IMG/VR virus record: IMGVR_UViG_3300010275_000472
Coordinates: 6,276 to 70,275 of that record
Length of the DNA: 64,000 nt
Strand: one strand, 5' to 3'
Origin: a virus
Lineage: Duplodnaviria; Caudoviricetes
Shown here: positions 1 through 9,490 of the stretch, piece by piece
Layout: the number at the start of each line of letters is the position of its first letter
Position numbering within the stretch: position 1 is the stretch's first letter
Notes under the pieces: model-generated
The model's input: only the letters and a program-made list of their open reading frames with translations
The model's database searches: none
What the model was told of the DNA's origin: nothing
Program-made: the position numbers and the translations under genes

Positions 1-3000
1 CTGCAAAGTTCTGCATTTCCTTCACGTGTTCTTTTCCGGTCACGTTGGCAAACAGCTTTTCGCCTTCCACGGTGATCTTCGTCTGCCGGTATTGGCCGTC
101 GTTCAGCATGGTTGCCATCTTTTCCATCTGGCCGTTTTTCGCGTAGCCGCCCAGCATACGGAACACCCGCTCCGCGCCCAGCATATCCAGCTGATACTTT
201 GTCAGCAGATTGTGCATGCCGTCCAGCTTTCCGCCGGGGTGGTTGCCCTTGCTGGCATTCACCTCGCTGGCTGCGCCTTCTGCGATCGCGCTCACTTCCT
301 CAGCCTTTGCAAGGCTCACCGTCTTGTTTGCATTGCGGATCACATGCAGCGTCGAGCTGGTAATAGCCTTCAACATCCGCATCTGATCCACTGTCATGGG
401 CAGATAGGTGCGGTTCTCCGTCTCCCGGATGCGTTTGCGCAGCCGTTCCTGCAGCGCCCATGCTTTCTCGCTGTCCGGTAAAGCTTCTGCCTCAGCCAGC
501 TGTTCGTGCAGTTTGGTCAGCTTCGCGTCCTTTGTCGTCTGCAGGTCGTCCCGCAGCGTCTGGATCAGGGTATCCACGCCGGTCTGTTTCCATTCTTCGG
601 TCATGGCGTTGGGGCTGCTCTCACTGCCCGCGCTCTGCCGGATCCGGTCCTGCAGCCTCGTCAGCTGGTTCACGGCCCGTTCGTTCAGAATGGTCATGTC
701 CGCCAACTTTGCCACCTGTGCTGCCGCATCGATCAGCCCCGGCTGCACATACTTGTCCTTGCTGGGCCGCAGAAGCATCTGGTTCAGCTGCGCCGCGTTC
801 TGCCGGATGCTGCGTTTCAGCTCATCCATCTTCCGTGCATCCCGCGCCCGCTGCACTCGCTTTTCCGCCAGCATCTTCTGGTAAGTTGCAGCATCCAGCG
901 CAATTTCCTGTGCTTTGTCTGCATACGCGTTCCACTGTGCCTCGGCCTCTGCTTCCCGCCGAGCCTGCTTTTCTGCCCACTCAGCCCGCTTGCGCTCGTT
1001 TTCTGCGTCCCAGTCCTGAAGTTCCTGCTCCTGTATGAGCAGCGAGCGTTCTGCCCGGTCTGCGCGGTTCTGTTCTCCCTTCACCGCTTCGGCCAAGTAG
1101 GCGTTTTCTTCTCGCAACTCACCCATACGTTCGTTGTACCACAGATACGCCTCATCCAGCATCTCCTGCCGTTCAGCTTTCAGCCGCTTTGCCTGCTCCT
1201 TCAGCTGCCGTTCAAACCGTTCCCTCAACACAGTCAGAGACTCATTTACATCACCGGATGTCTTAAATCCTTCCTGCGCCAGTTCCGGGTTTCTCTCTGC
1301 CCAGCCTTTCTCCAGTGCTTCGCGTTGCATATCGTGGGTGTTTCGGCTCATTCTGCGGCCAAACTCCCGCTGCTGTGCTTTCTGTACACCGCGCAGTTTC
1401 CTTGTTACCTCTGCGGCACGTTCCTCGCTGCCTGCTGCGGCTCTTGCCACATCCATATTGTGCTGCTGGATACCCTCAAAGATAGCCTCGGCATCGGTCA
1501 TTTCCGGTGTCGCCATAATGTCACCGATGATCCGGCCCGCCAGTTCGATCTTTGCATCCTCATACTCTGCATCGTCTGCAAACCGGCTCATAGTCGCAGG
1601 CTTGATGGCATCGTGCAGGTTCATCAGCACATTCAACCATTCGGTGCTTTCCATGCTCATTGCACCGTCCACACCCGCCTGCTGCGCTGCCGCTTTCCAC
1701 AATGCCTTTGCACCGTCGCTGGTGCCGCCCATAGCGCGGTTGTCATTGATCACGCTTTCGTACTGCTGTGCCGGGTTGCCATCCCGCACGCCGTCGGCCT
1801 GCCGCAGGCTCACGCCGTGCTTCCGTGCCTCCGCCACCGCTGCGCTCCAGCTGCCGTAGGCTTTCACCAGCTCTTCCTTCGCGCTGCCGTTTTTGTTCAC
1901 GGCGTATTCCAACCTGTGCAGTTCCGGGTATTCGTCCCACAGCTCACTGTTGCGGTAAACTGCCCCGTCCAGAATTTCTCCCGCCAGCGTTTCGGCCAGC
2001 GCATTGGCTTTTTCCATGTCCGCGCCGTCGGCCTTCAGGTAGTCCACCAGCACCTCGGTTTCCCGCGCAAGCTTGGCCCGGTCCACCTTACTGCCGTTCG
2101 CCTTTGCCCAGCGGCTGGCCAGTCCTTCCATGGCCGTCCGGCTCACCTTCACACCCCGTGTCAACCCAAAGAACTGGCTCAGGGTGTCCAGTGCTGCAGC
2201 CTTGTCCGCAATGGTGCGGCTTGCCATCTGCTGGTCGTTCTTCTTCGCATCCCGGCTGGCCTGCTCTGCCAGCTGGAAACGCACGCCGGGCACGTTCTCG
2301 TTTTCTATCACGTCCACGCTCTTGACATTTCCTTCGTCATAGCGTAAACTTGCAATAGAACCATACTTGGATATGCGTAACGGCAATTGGAGCCTATTAA
2401 CAGCTAACCATGTATCGGTTCTTTTTTTATTCGGATCAATGTACAACAGTTGGTCACGGTTTAAAAGCCCCTGCACATTTCGCTTTCCGTAAGCACTGGT
2501 CACCATAATGTTGTCCAGTTCCAGCCCCTTGTTATTTGTGGGCAGCAGCTCCAGCGAGACATCCACCGGCTTTCCGGTTTTATCATACACTTCGCCAAAC
2601 ATATAAATGCGGCTTGCATAGTCCGCGTTTACGCCTGTGTCCGAGTGCAGCACGATCACCGGGTTTTCCAGCACCTGCGGCACCTGTTTGATGATGTCCT
2701 TCGTCATAATGGAATCATCCACACCCGCAGCAAAATTTTCGGCGCTGTGCTTTGTCAGGATTTTCCGAATTTTTCCGCTGTCCCAATAAATGTTCTGGTC
2801 CTTCACGCCAATGCTTTGCAGCACTTCAGAGGTAGAACCCACCCGGATTCGCTTCGACCACGTTGCCTTCAGGTCAATTTTGTCCACTTCATTCTCAAAG
2901 TGTTCGTCCAGCTGCAACCGGATATTTTTCTTTACAGGAACATCTGTTTTCTCCAGCTCGGCAAATTTCACACCCTCCAGCTTGACGTCTTGGTTGCCGT

Positions 3001-6000
3001 ATGTTATACTGCCTACAAGACCACTGGATTGTAGTTCGCTAGGCATTTGGAAGCCTAGTGTCCGGAACAATTCGGTGGTTTTTTCTTTGCTTTCAGAGAT
3101 ATATAACACATCACTCCTGCGTACAAAACCTGCCGGATCATTATCCTTTGTATAGGCACTGGTCACTTTCTGCATATCGTTCAAAACGATGTGGTCTTCA
3201 ACCGGTCGCAGGTCCAGCACACACAGCACCGGCCTGCCATCCTGTGCTTTCACACTGCCAAACATCACAAGGCGGGTGTTCTGGCGGCTGCGCCCCTTGT
3301 TCTGGCTGGTCAGCACCATCACCGGATCGTCCAGCACTTCCGGAATACGCTTGATTTCTTCCAGCGTCATTTCCGGGTGGTCGTGCAGAATGCGGTCGAT
3401 CTTGTCACTGTTCATGTAGATGTCATTTTCCCGTGCACCGAGCTGCTGCAGTGTGTCACCGGTTCTGCCCAGAATAAACACCTCGTCATCCGAGCGTCCT
3501 TCTCTGTCCCACTCGTCAATTTTCCCTGCATATTCCGGGTTGATTTCATACCTTGCACCTTCCGCCGCACCCTTGTTCTCAAGGGCTGCGGCGTTTTCTT
3601 TTGCGGCGCGCAGGCTGTCCATAGCCCTCTCCGCATGGGCAAAGTATTCGTCCTGCAGCACCCGCTTTTCTGCCGCCGCAAGGCGCTGTGCTTTCAGTGC
3701 AGCTTTGTTCTCCGGGTCTCTTGCCAGCACTTCCTTTGCGCGGCTCACGATGTCGCTCAAAAGCTCCTTCACCTTGGTCATCACCTTGTGGATGCCGCCT
3801 GCCTTGCCTGCGTTCTTTTCAGCCTGCCCGCGCTGGAACTCCACCCAGCGCTTAAAGCTTGCTTCATCGCTGAAGATGCCGCGCCATGCGTCCGCCACAA
3901 GTTCTTCTGCGGCTTCCTCGTAGCTCAGCCCCTGCTGTGCATAGTCGGAAAGCTTTCCCCGGATCATCTCGTCAATGCCTTCAAAGCCCTCGCTCTTTGC
4001 CAGAAATTCCAGTGCATGCTGCTGCAGTGCCTGCGCACCCTCTGTATCCAGTGAGTTGTACCAGTGGTAGTCCTCGTGCAGGATCGTGCCAAATACATCC
4101 TCTGCCCGGTCGCTGAAGAAAATGCGCGCCGTCTCGGTGTCCACATAAGCCCTCACCCGGTCGCTGCCCTGCAGCACCGTTTTCAGCACCGCATCCGTGT
4201 TCGTGGCCTTTGCATTCAGTTCGATCAGCTGCGTGCCCACCTCGTTTGCCGTGCGCATCGTTCCCTTATACAGCACCCGGCCGCTGCCGCTGGTGCTTTC
4301 TGCTGTCAGCCTTCCGCCAAGGCTTGCGCGCTGCATGTTTCCGGCTTCCAGTTCTCCGCGTCCCTGCAGCCATGCCAGCTGCAGCGCTGCCCGTCCGCCG
4401 TCCTGTGCCAGCACGTAATCGGTGTTCACAGCAAGGCCGCTCATGCCCTGCGCCAGCTCCATAGCCTTGTCAAAGGTGGGCACATCTTCCATCTGTCCCA
4501 GCCGGTACAGGCTGCTGGCCGCGGCCGCATACCGCCCGGCATCTCCAATTTCTGTCGGCATGTTCCTGCTGATGGTCGCACTTGCCCCATCCGATACCTG
4601 CCATCGGGTCAGCTCCTGCTGCACCTCCCGCTGCTTTGTGGTCAGGCTCTGCTGTTCAAGGCCGTAAGTTTCCCGCATCCCGCCAGACTGTTCCGCCGGG
4701 CTGCTTTCCACCCTTTCCCCGGTGTTCTCCACGGCAGCTCCGCGCCGGCCCAGCTCACTTTCCGTCTGTGCCTGCTGCGCAGATCTGTCAGCTTCCATTT
4801 TTTCTACAATTGCGGCCGTTTTTTGTGCTTCAACTGTCGCGTTTTCGGTAGCTGCGGCCGGAGCCTGTGCTGCCCGCTGCTGTGTTGTCATTTCCCGCAA
4901 TACCTGCCGGGTCTTTGCTGCCGTTTCCGGCAGCTCAATACCGTATTCTTCCGCAAAGGCAGCGCGGTTCGCTTCATTGGCCGCATTCGGTGTAAATAGG
5001 TTGATGGTCTTGCTCGTAAGCTGCCCATCCTGCACAGCCGGGTTTTCGCTCTGTACCATCGGCGCAGTATCCTGTATGGTCGCAAATCCGCTTGCCGCCC
5101 CCGTCACTTCCGGCTGCACCGTTTCCTGTGTAGCAGCCGCAGGTTGTCGGATGCCTGCCGCAGCTTCTTCCGGTGTCTGCTGCATCGCCGTTCCCGGCTC
5201 CTGTGCCCGCACTTCGTCCTGCAATGCCTGCCGTGCCTGTTCCACCTTTCCTTCGTAGTATGCCTGCTTCACATTACCCACAATGCTGGCATCGCCGCCG
5301 TTCATCTTTGCAAGCCCTGTGCCCACAGCACCGCCCAAGGCACCGGATGCACCGCCCGTCAGGCCGCTTTCCAGCGCCGTAAAAAAGGTGTCGCTTTTAA
5401 ACAGGTCTGCCGCCGCTTCGCTGTCGCCCAGCGCTGCATCAATGGCCTTGTCCGCGTAGGTCTCCACAAAGGCCTGCATGGCGTTGTCCACGCCGCCGGA
5501 AATGGCATTTGCCACCGCCGGGTACTGCTGCGCCAGCGTTCCGTCCGCCGCCACGCTGCGCACCATGTCCGCCAGTTTGCCCGCCAGTGTATCCTTTGCG
5601 TAGTCACTGCCCATGGTCTTTGCAAGGTCTGCTGCGCCCACACTGTTGATGGCCCAGCCCGCGCCAAACTTTGCAAGGCCCCCGGCCAGCGTCTTGCCTG
5701 CGCTCTCGCCTTTTTCAATGCTCTGGCCCATGGCTTCCGCACCGCCCTGCGCACTCAGCACCGGCAGCACCCATGCCGGGTCAATGGCCGCCACCGCAAG
5801 GTTCTCGCCCGCGCTGCTCACAATGCCCAGTGCCTGCTTTGCAATGGGGCTAAGGCCCGCCTGGGCAGCGGCGGTCAGATCCTGTCCGCGCTTGTACAGC
5901 TGATAGCCAAAGCTCTTCTCCGGGTCTACGCTGTCATGCACTTCCGTTCCGGCAATGCGCGCCCGCATGTTGTCGATCTCCTGCTGCGTGTAACCTTTTT

Positions 6001-7171
6001 CGATCAGCTCTGCATCCGTGTAGGCATCGCTCTGCGTTGTTTGTGCCGCCGGAGCACTGGCCATTGCACCGCTGCTCTGTGCCAGCTGCAGCGTGTTGTC
6101 CCGCGCTGCATACCGCGTCTTTCCGCCGGTCATCAGGCGCAGCAGCTCCTGCTGCCGGTCGTCGCTCTGTACATCCTGCTGCAGCTGCTTCCAGTTCCCG
6201 CTGGTCGCCGCTGCATTCTTTGCGCTCTGTACACCGGTCTCTCCTGCCAAAAATATGCTTGATGCCACCGTGTCCCCAATGCCGCCAATGGTATTGGCCG
6301 CACGCCGCGCTGCACGCTGTCCTGCAGGCAGCGCATCAAAGTCGGCAATGTACTGCCGCGCTTCGCTGATCTCCTTGCGGCTGTATCCCTTTGCCAGCAA
6401 TTCCGCGTCGGTGTAGTCCCGTCTGCCCGCACTCTTTTCCGGCACTGCTGCTCTGGCTGCAGCACCGCTCACGCTCTGGGGCTGCATGGCGTTGTTTCCC
6501 TCAGCATAGCTCTGTCCACCGGTGCCAATGCGCATCAGCGTCACAAGTTCTCGGTGCTTCGGGTCAGCGTCCATCCACTGGTTCAGCCGGTCAAAATCAC
6601 TGAAGTCGTCCGTCGCTTTCAGGTCTTCCGTGTACTGCTTCACCTTCTGCGCTGTCTGTGCGTACCAGCCTTCGTCTCCGCCGGCAATGCCTGCAATGCG
6701 CTGGCGCTCAGTGGGCTGCACCGTTCCCGTCACCTTTGCCGCTGGGGCTGCAGCGCTCTTCGCGTTCAGCCATTCCGGCTGCGCAGTGCTGCTGCGTGTA
6801 CCTGTACCGCTGTCGGTCACAATGCCGCTTTTGCCCGGATATGCCTGTGTGCTGCCTGCTTCCTGCGGCACTGTCAGCTGCAGCTTGTGGCTGCTGTCCG
6901 TGCCCGTCATCTGCGCCAGCACCCGTGCACCAAGACCTGTGCCTGTGTTCTGCCTTGCAGCCGCAGCCGGACTGGCAGCATTCTGTCCGCTGTTTTTCGC
7001 TTTCCAGCCCTCCCGCGCTTTTGCAATGCGTTCCGGTGTCCACTTGTCCGTAGTGTTTGCTGTTCCCGCAGCTGTATCGGCGCTCGCCGTCCGGTTTGTG
7101 GTGCGGCTGTTGTTTTTCGCTTCCCAACTTTCTCTGTCTTTTTTCAGTCTTTCCGGTGTCCATTCGCTCAT
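1..7171 (-). CDS. Giant polyvalent virion protein (>2390 aa, 3' end outside window): N-terminal repeats, zincin HExxH domain, two tandem MuF-C domains, helical C-terminus
   Basis: ATG at 7171 with GGAGA RBS. Hand translation shows LHEDYHW (4061-4081), EELVAD and two MuF-C-like domains in 2340-3550 with no stops. The ORF track lists no - strand ORF in this frame, implying no stop before the window edge. Confidence 0.88.
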   Translation of the reverse strand, partial: MSEWTPERLKKDRESWEAKNNSRTTNRTASADTAAGTANTTDKWTPERIAKAREGWKAKNSGQNAASPAAAARQNTGTGLGARVLAQMTGTDSSHKLQLTVPQEAGSTQAYPGKSGIVTDSGTGTRSSTAQPEWLNAKSAAAPAAKVTGTVQPTERQRIAGIAGGDEGWYAQTAQKVKQYTEDLKATDDFSDFDRLNQWMDADPKHRELVTLMRIGTGGQSYAEGNNAMQPQSVSGAAARAAVPEKSAGRRDYTDAELLAKGYSRKEISEARQYIADFDALPAGQRAARRAANTIGGIGDTVASSIFLAGETGVQSAKNAAATSGNWKQLQQDVQSDDRQQELLRLMTGGKTRYAARDNTLQLAQSSGAMASAPAAQTTQSDAYTDAELIEKGYTQQEIDNMRARIAGTEVHDSVDPEKSFGYQLYKRGQDLTAAAQAGLSPIAKQALGIVSSAGENLAVAAIDPAWVLPVLSAQGGAEAMGQSIEKGESAGKTLAGGLAKFGAGWAINSVGAADLAKTMGSDYAKDTLAGKLADMVRSVAADGTLAQQYPAVANAISGGVDNAMQAFVETYADKAIDAALGDSEAAADLFKSDTFFTALESGLTGGASGALGGAVGTGLAKMNGGDASIVGNVKQAYYEGKVEQARQALQDEVRAQEPGTAMQQTPEEAAAGIRQPAAATQETVQPEVTGAASGFATIQDTAPMVQSENPAVQDGQLTSKTINLFTPNAANEANRAAFAEEYGIELPETAAKTRQVLREMTTQQRAAQAPAAATENATVEAQKTAAIVEKMEADRSAQQAQTESELGRRGAAVENTGERVESSPAEQSGGMRETYGLEQQSLTTKQREVQQELTRWQVSDGASATISRNMPTEIGDAGRYAAAASSLYRLGQMEDVPTFDKAMELAQGMSGLAVNTDYVLAQDGGRAALQLAWLQGRGELEAGNMQRASLGGRLTAESTSGSGRVLYKGTMRTANEVGTQLIELNAKATNTDAVLKTVLQGSDRVRAYVDTETARIFFSDRAEDVFGTILHEDYHWYNSLDTEGAQALQQHALEFLAKSEGFEGIDEMIRGKLSDYAQQGLSYEEAAEELVADAWRGIFSDEASFKRWVEFQRGQAEKNAGKAGGIHKVMTKVKELLSDIVSRAKEVLARDPENKAALKAQRLAAAEKRVLQDEYFAHAERAMDSLRAAKENAAALENKGAAEGARYEINPEYAGKIDEWDREGRSDDEVFILGRTGDTLQQLGARENDIYMNSDKIDRILHDHPEMTLEEIKRIPEVLDDPVMVLTSQNKGRSRQNTRLVMFGSVKAQDGRPVLCVLDLRPVEDHIVLNDMQKVTSAYTKDNDPAGFVRRSDVLYISESKEKTTELFRTLGFQMPSELQSSGLVGSITYGNQDVKLEGVKFAELEKTDVPVKKNIRLQLDEHFENEVDKIDLKATWSKRIRVGSTSEVLQSIGVKDQNIYWDSGKIRKILTKHSAENFAAGVDDSIMTKDIIKQVPQVLENPVIVLHSDTGVNADYASRIYMFGEVYDKTGKPVDVSLELLPTNNKGLELDNIMVTSAYGKRNVQGLLNRDQLLYIDPNKKRTDTWLAVNRLQLPLRISKYGSIASLRYDEGNVKSVDVIENENVPGVRFQLAEQASRDAKKNDQQMASRTIADKAAALDTLSQFFGLTRGVKVSRTAMEGLASRWAKANGSKVDRAKLARETEVLVDYLKADGADMEKANALAETLAGEILDGAVYRNSELWDEYPELHRLEYAVNKNGSAKEELVKAYGSWSAAVAEARKHGVSLRQADGVRDGNPAQQYESVINDNRAMGGTSDGAKALWKAAAQQAGVDGAMSMESTEWLNVLMNLHDAIKPATMSRFADDAEYEDAKIELAGRIIGDIMATPEMTDAEAIFEGIQQHNMDVARAAAGSEERAAEVTRKLRGVQKAQQREFGRRMSRNTHDMQREALEKGWAERNPELAQEGFKTSGDVNESLTVLRERFERQLKEQAKRLKAERQEMLDEAYLWYNERMGELREENAYLAEAVKGEQNRADRAERSLLIQEQELQDWDAENERKRAEWAEKQARREAEAEAQWNAYADKAQEIALDAATYQKMLAEKRVQRARDARKMDELKRSIRQNAAQLNQMLLRPSKDKYVQPGLIDAAAQVAKLADMTILNERAVNQLTRLQDRIRQSAGSESSPNAMTEEWKQTGVDTLIQTLRDDLQTTKDAKLTKLHEQLAEAEALPDSEKAWALQERLRKRIRETENRTYLPMTVDQMRMLKAITSSTLHVIRNANKTVSLAKAEEVSAIAEGAASEVNASKGNHPGGKLDGMHNLLTKYQLDMLGAERVFRMLGGYAKNGQMEKMATMLNDGQYRQTKITVEGEKLFANVTGKEHVKEMQNFA

Positions 7172-7186
7172 AACTGCCGGTCTCCT

Positions 7187-8662
7187 TTATCGTTCCGCTT
7201 CCAGAATTTTCATAATGGACGACAGCGTGTTGTCCGTAATGCCGTCTGCAGAAAGCCTGCCCGCAATGTCGTCCAGACTGTAGCCGCTCGCCAGCATGCC
7301 GCGCGCCGTTGCAAGTCCGCTGCGCAGCGGACTGCTGCGGGCGTTTGCCCGCTCACTGGTGCCGCTGCTTCCCGCCGTGCTGTTTTTCAGCCACCCTGCG
7401 TCTGTCAGGGTCTTCTGGTAGAAGTCATACAGCGGGTCTGTCTCCTTCATCCCGGAGAATTTTGTTGCCATCGTCTGCAGCTGGCTGTTGGTAAAGCCGG
7501 TCGTTCCCGTCTTGCTGCTGCCAGAGCTTTTGTTTCCGCTCTTCGTGCTGCTCGTTCTGCTGCTCCCGCTGCCGGTCGTCTTGTAACGGTTATTCAGCGC
7601 CAGCTGGCCTGCTGCATAGCTCAGCTTGCTCTGGTTCTGCCGGTTTGCAATGGTTCCGTAATAATCAATGGCGTTTTCATCCAGTCCCGCCAGCTTCAGA
7701 ATCGTGTTCGCGCCAGTGTCGTTGCCGCTGCCTGCAGCACTCATCGCATTTAATGTCGCATCCAGCTGGTCTTTTTCGTAGTCCGTCATGCCTTGCCAGT
7801 TGTCCAGCAGTGTTTCATCAAGCCCGCTCAGCCGCAGCGTTTCTCTTGCCGCCTCTGGGCTTCCTGCTTTCAGTTGTCCGATCGCGGTCTGTATGCTGCT
7901 TGCTTTGTTCTGTCTCGTTGCATAAGATTCCGTCCATTTGTCCACCATGGAGCTGTCCAGACCGTATAGATCACAGATTTGTTTTGCCCTCTCCGGGTCT
8001 CCGGCATCAAAGCTTTCTGCCGCCATCTGGTATCCTGCTATCTGGTTTTCAAGCTTCTGCTGGCTGTATCCCTTATACGCATCGATTCCTTCCATCACCG
8101 TGCTGCCAATGCCCTTCACGCTGTTCCACACATTGTTCCAAAAGTCGCTGTTCTCCTGTCGTGCCTGCTGGGTGCGGTCATAAAGGTAATTGCGCCAGTT
8201 TGCTGCATTGCTCACGCTGCTGTCATACTCGCCGCGTTCCAGTGCGCGCTGTCCCAGCAGGGTGTCCAGCCGGTCGCCCGCACCGGCAAGCTCCTGCTGC
8301 CACTGGGCCAGCGCGTCCGCCCGGGCCGCAGCAAGGGTGCTGCCGGTGTTTGCCGTCTGCGCCGCTGCTGCCTGCTCTGCCGCGCTCTTCGCATAGTCCG
8401 CGCCATACCCGCCGGAAAGCGCATCTGCGGTCGCTGCTGCAGCGTCTGCACCGGCATTCGCATTGCCCACCATCCGTGTCAGTGCGTCCTTGTAGCCGCT
8501 GTCTGCCGTGGTAAAGTCAAAGCCCGCGCCGCTGGCCGTGCCCATCTTGTCCAGCGTGTCGGCAATGCCCTGCGCATACTGGTCATCGTAGGCCCCCGGC
8601 ATGGCGTTTTCCGCGTCCTGCAGGCGCTGCTGCGCGTCATTCAATCTCTTGATGGTCCCCAT
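7187..8662 (-). CDS. Putative ejection/internal virion protein (491 aa)
   Basis: A/Q/G/S-rich helical protein between tail and giant protein; N-terminus paralogous to 8678..9280. Confidence 0.75.
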   Translation of the reverse strand: MGTIKRLNDAQQRLQDAENAMPGAYDDQYAQGIADTLDKMGTASGAGFDFTTADSGYKDALTRMVGNANAGADAAAATADALSGGYGADYAKSAAEQAAAAQTANTGSTLAAARADALAQWQQELAGAGDRLDTLLGQRALERGEYDSSVSNAANWRNYLYDRTQQARQENSDFWNNVWNSVKGIGSTVMEGIDAYKGYSQQKLENQIAGYQMAAESFDAGDPERAKQICDLYGLDSSMVDKWTESYATRQNKASSIQTAIGQLKAGSPEAARETLRLSGLDETLLDNWQGMTDYEKDQLDATLNAMSAAGSGNDTGANTILKLAGLDENAIDYYGTIANRQNQSKLSYAAGQLALNNRYKTTGSGSSRTSSTKSGNKSSGSSKTGTTGFTNSQLQTMATKFSGMKETDPLYDFYQKTLTDAGWLKNSTAGSSGTSERANARSSPLRSGLATARGMLASGYSLDDIAGRLSADGITDNTLSSIMKILEAER

Positions 8663-8677
8663 CCTTTTCTCCTTTCC

Positions 8678-9280
8678 TCAAATAAAGAATAGCGGCAGGA
8701 TCTTCGCTGCAATGCTTGCCACCTGCAGCGCCCCGTTCATAAAATTCTGCCACCCGTTCTGCTTTTCGCTGTAAGCGTTGTCGTACTCGTTCTTTTTGTA
8801 CTGCAGGCCTTCGGTCCAGTTGGCAAGGTCGTTCTGATACTGGCTGTAGTCCTGCTTTTCCGCACTCTGCAGCCCGCTCAGCTGCTGCTGCAGGCCGCTC
8901 TTCTCCGTGTTGTACTGAGCCTTGCTCTGGCTGTAAAGGCTGTCCAGCACATTGTCCAAGCTGTTCATCGTTCTGGCATAGGCGTTCTGTCCCGCCTGCG
9001 TGCCGTAGCTGGAGCCGTAGCCGCCGGTCATGGCGGCGGCGTTCGCCTGCGCATTCTGGTTTGCCAGCTTTGCCTGCCGGGTGTACTGGTTCTTGTACTG
9101 CTGGTAGGCTGCATCTGCATCCGGGTCGTAATCAAAATCTCCCATGTTTTCCAGCTTGCCCATCACATCCTTGATCTGGCCCTGATACTTGCTCTGGTAG
9201 TCCGCAGGCTTCGTTTTCTCATACTGTTCCAGGTTGTACCGCGCCGTGTTCAGGCGGTCATTGTTTCCAAACAATCCCAT
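8678..9280 (-). CDS. Putative ejection/internal virion protein (200 aa)
   Basis: Q/N/Y-rich with GGYG motif and hydrophobic C-terminus; AGGAG-like RBS. Confidence 0.75.
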   Translation of the reverse strand: MGLFGNNDRLNTARYNLEQYEKTKPADYQSKYQGQIKDVMGKLENMGDFDYDPDADAAYQQYKNQYTRQAKLANQNAQANAAAMTGGYGSSYGTQAGQNAYARTMNSLDNVLDSLYSQSKAQYNTEKSGLQQQLSGLQSAEKQDYSQYQNDLANWTEGLQYKKNEYDNAYSEKQNGWQNFMNGALQVASIAAKILPLFFI

Positions 9281-9283
9281 CTT

Positions 9284-9475
9284 TTATACTCCTTCCCCGT
9301 TCATCCGTTCCAAAAATTCTTCCGAGCAGTTCTCCCGGTCAATGTTCGTCAGCACATAGCCCAGCTGTTCCGTCAGCTGATACAGGTAATTCCGCAGCAC
9401 ACGGGCATCTTCTGCCGGCATCTCACTGCTGAAGGAAGGCAGTGCAATGCCTTCCAGTCCCGCCAAACTTGCCAT
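9284..9475 (-). CDS. Small hypothetical virion-module protein (63 aa)
   Basis: Tightly packed in operon, AAAGGAG RBS. Confidence 0.7.
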   Translation of the reverse strand: MASLAGLEGIALPSFSSEMPAEDARVLRNYLYQLTEQLGYVLTNIDRENCSEEFLERMNGEGV

Positions 9476-9490
9476 TTCTATGCTCCTTTC

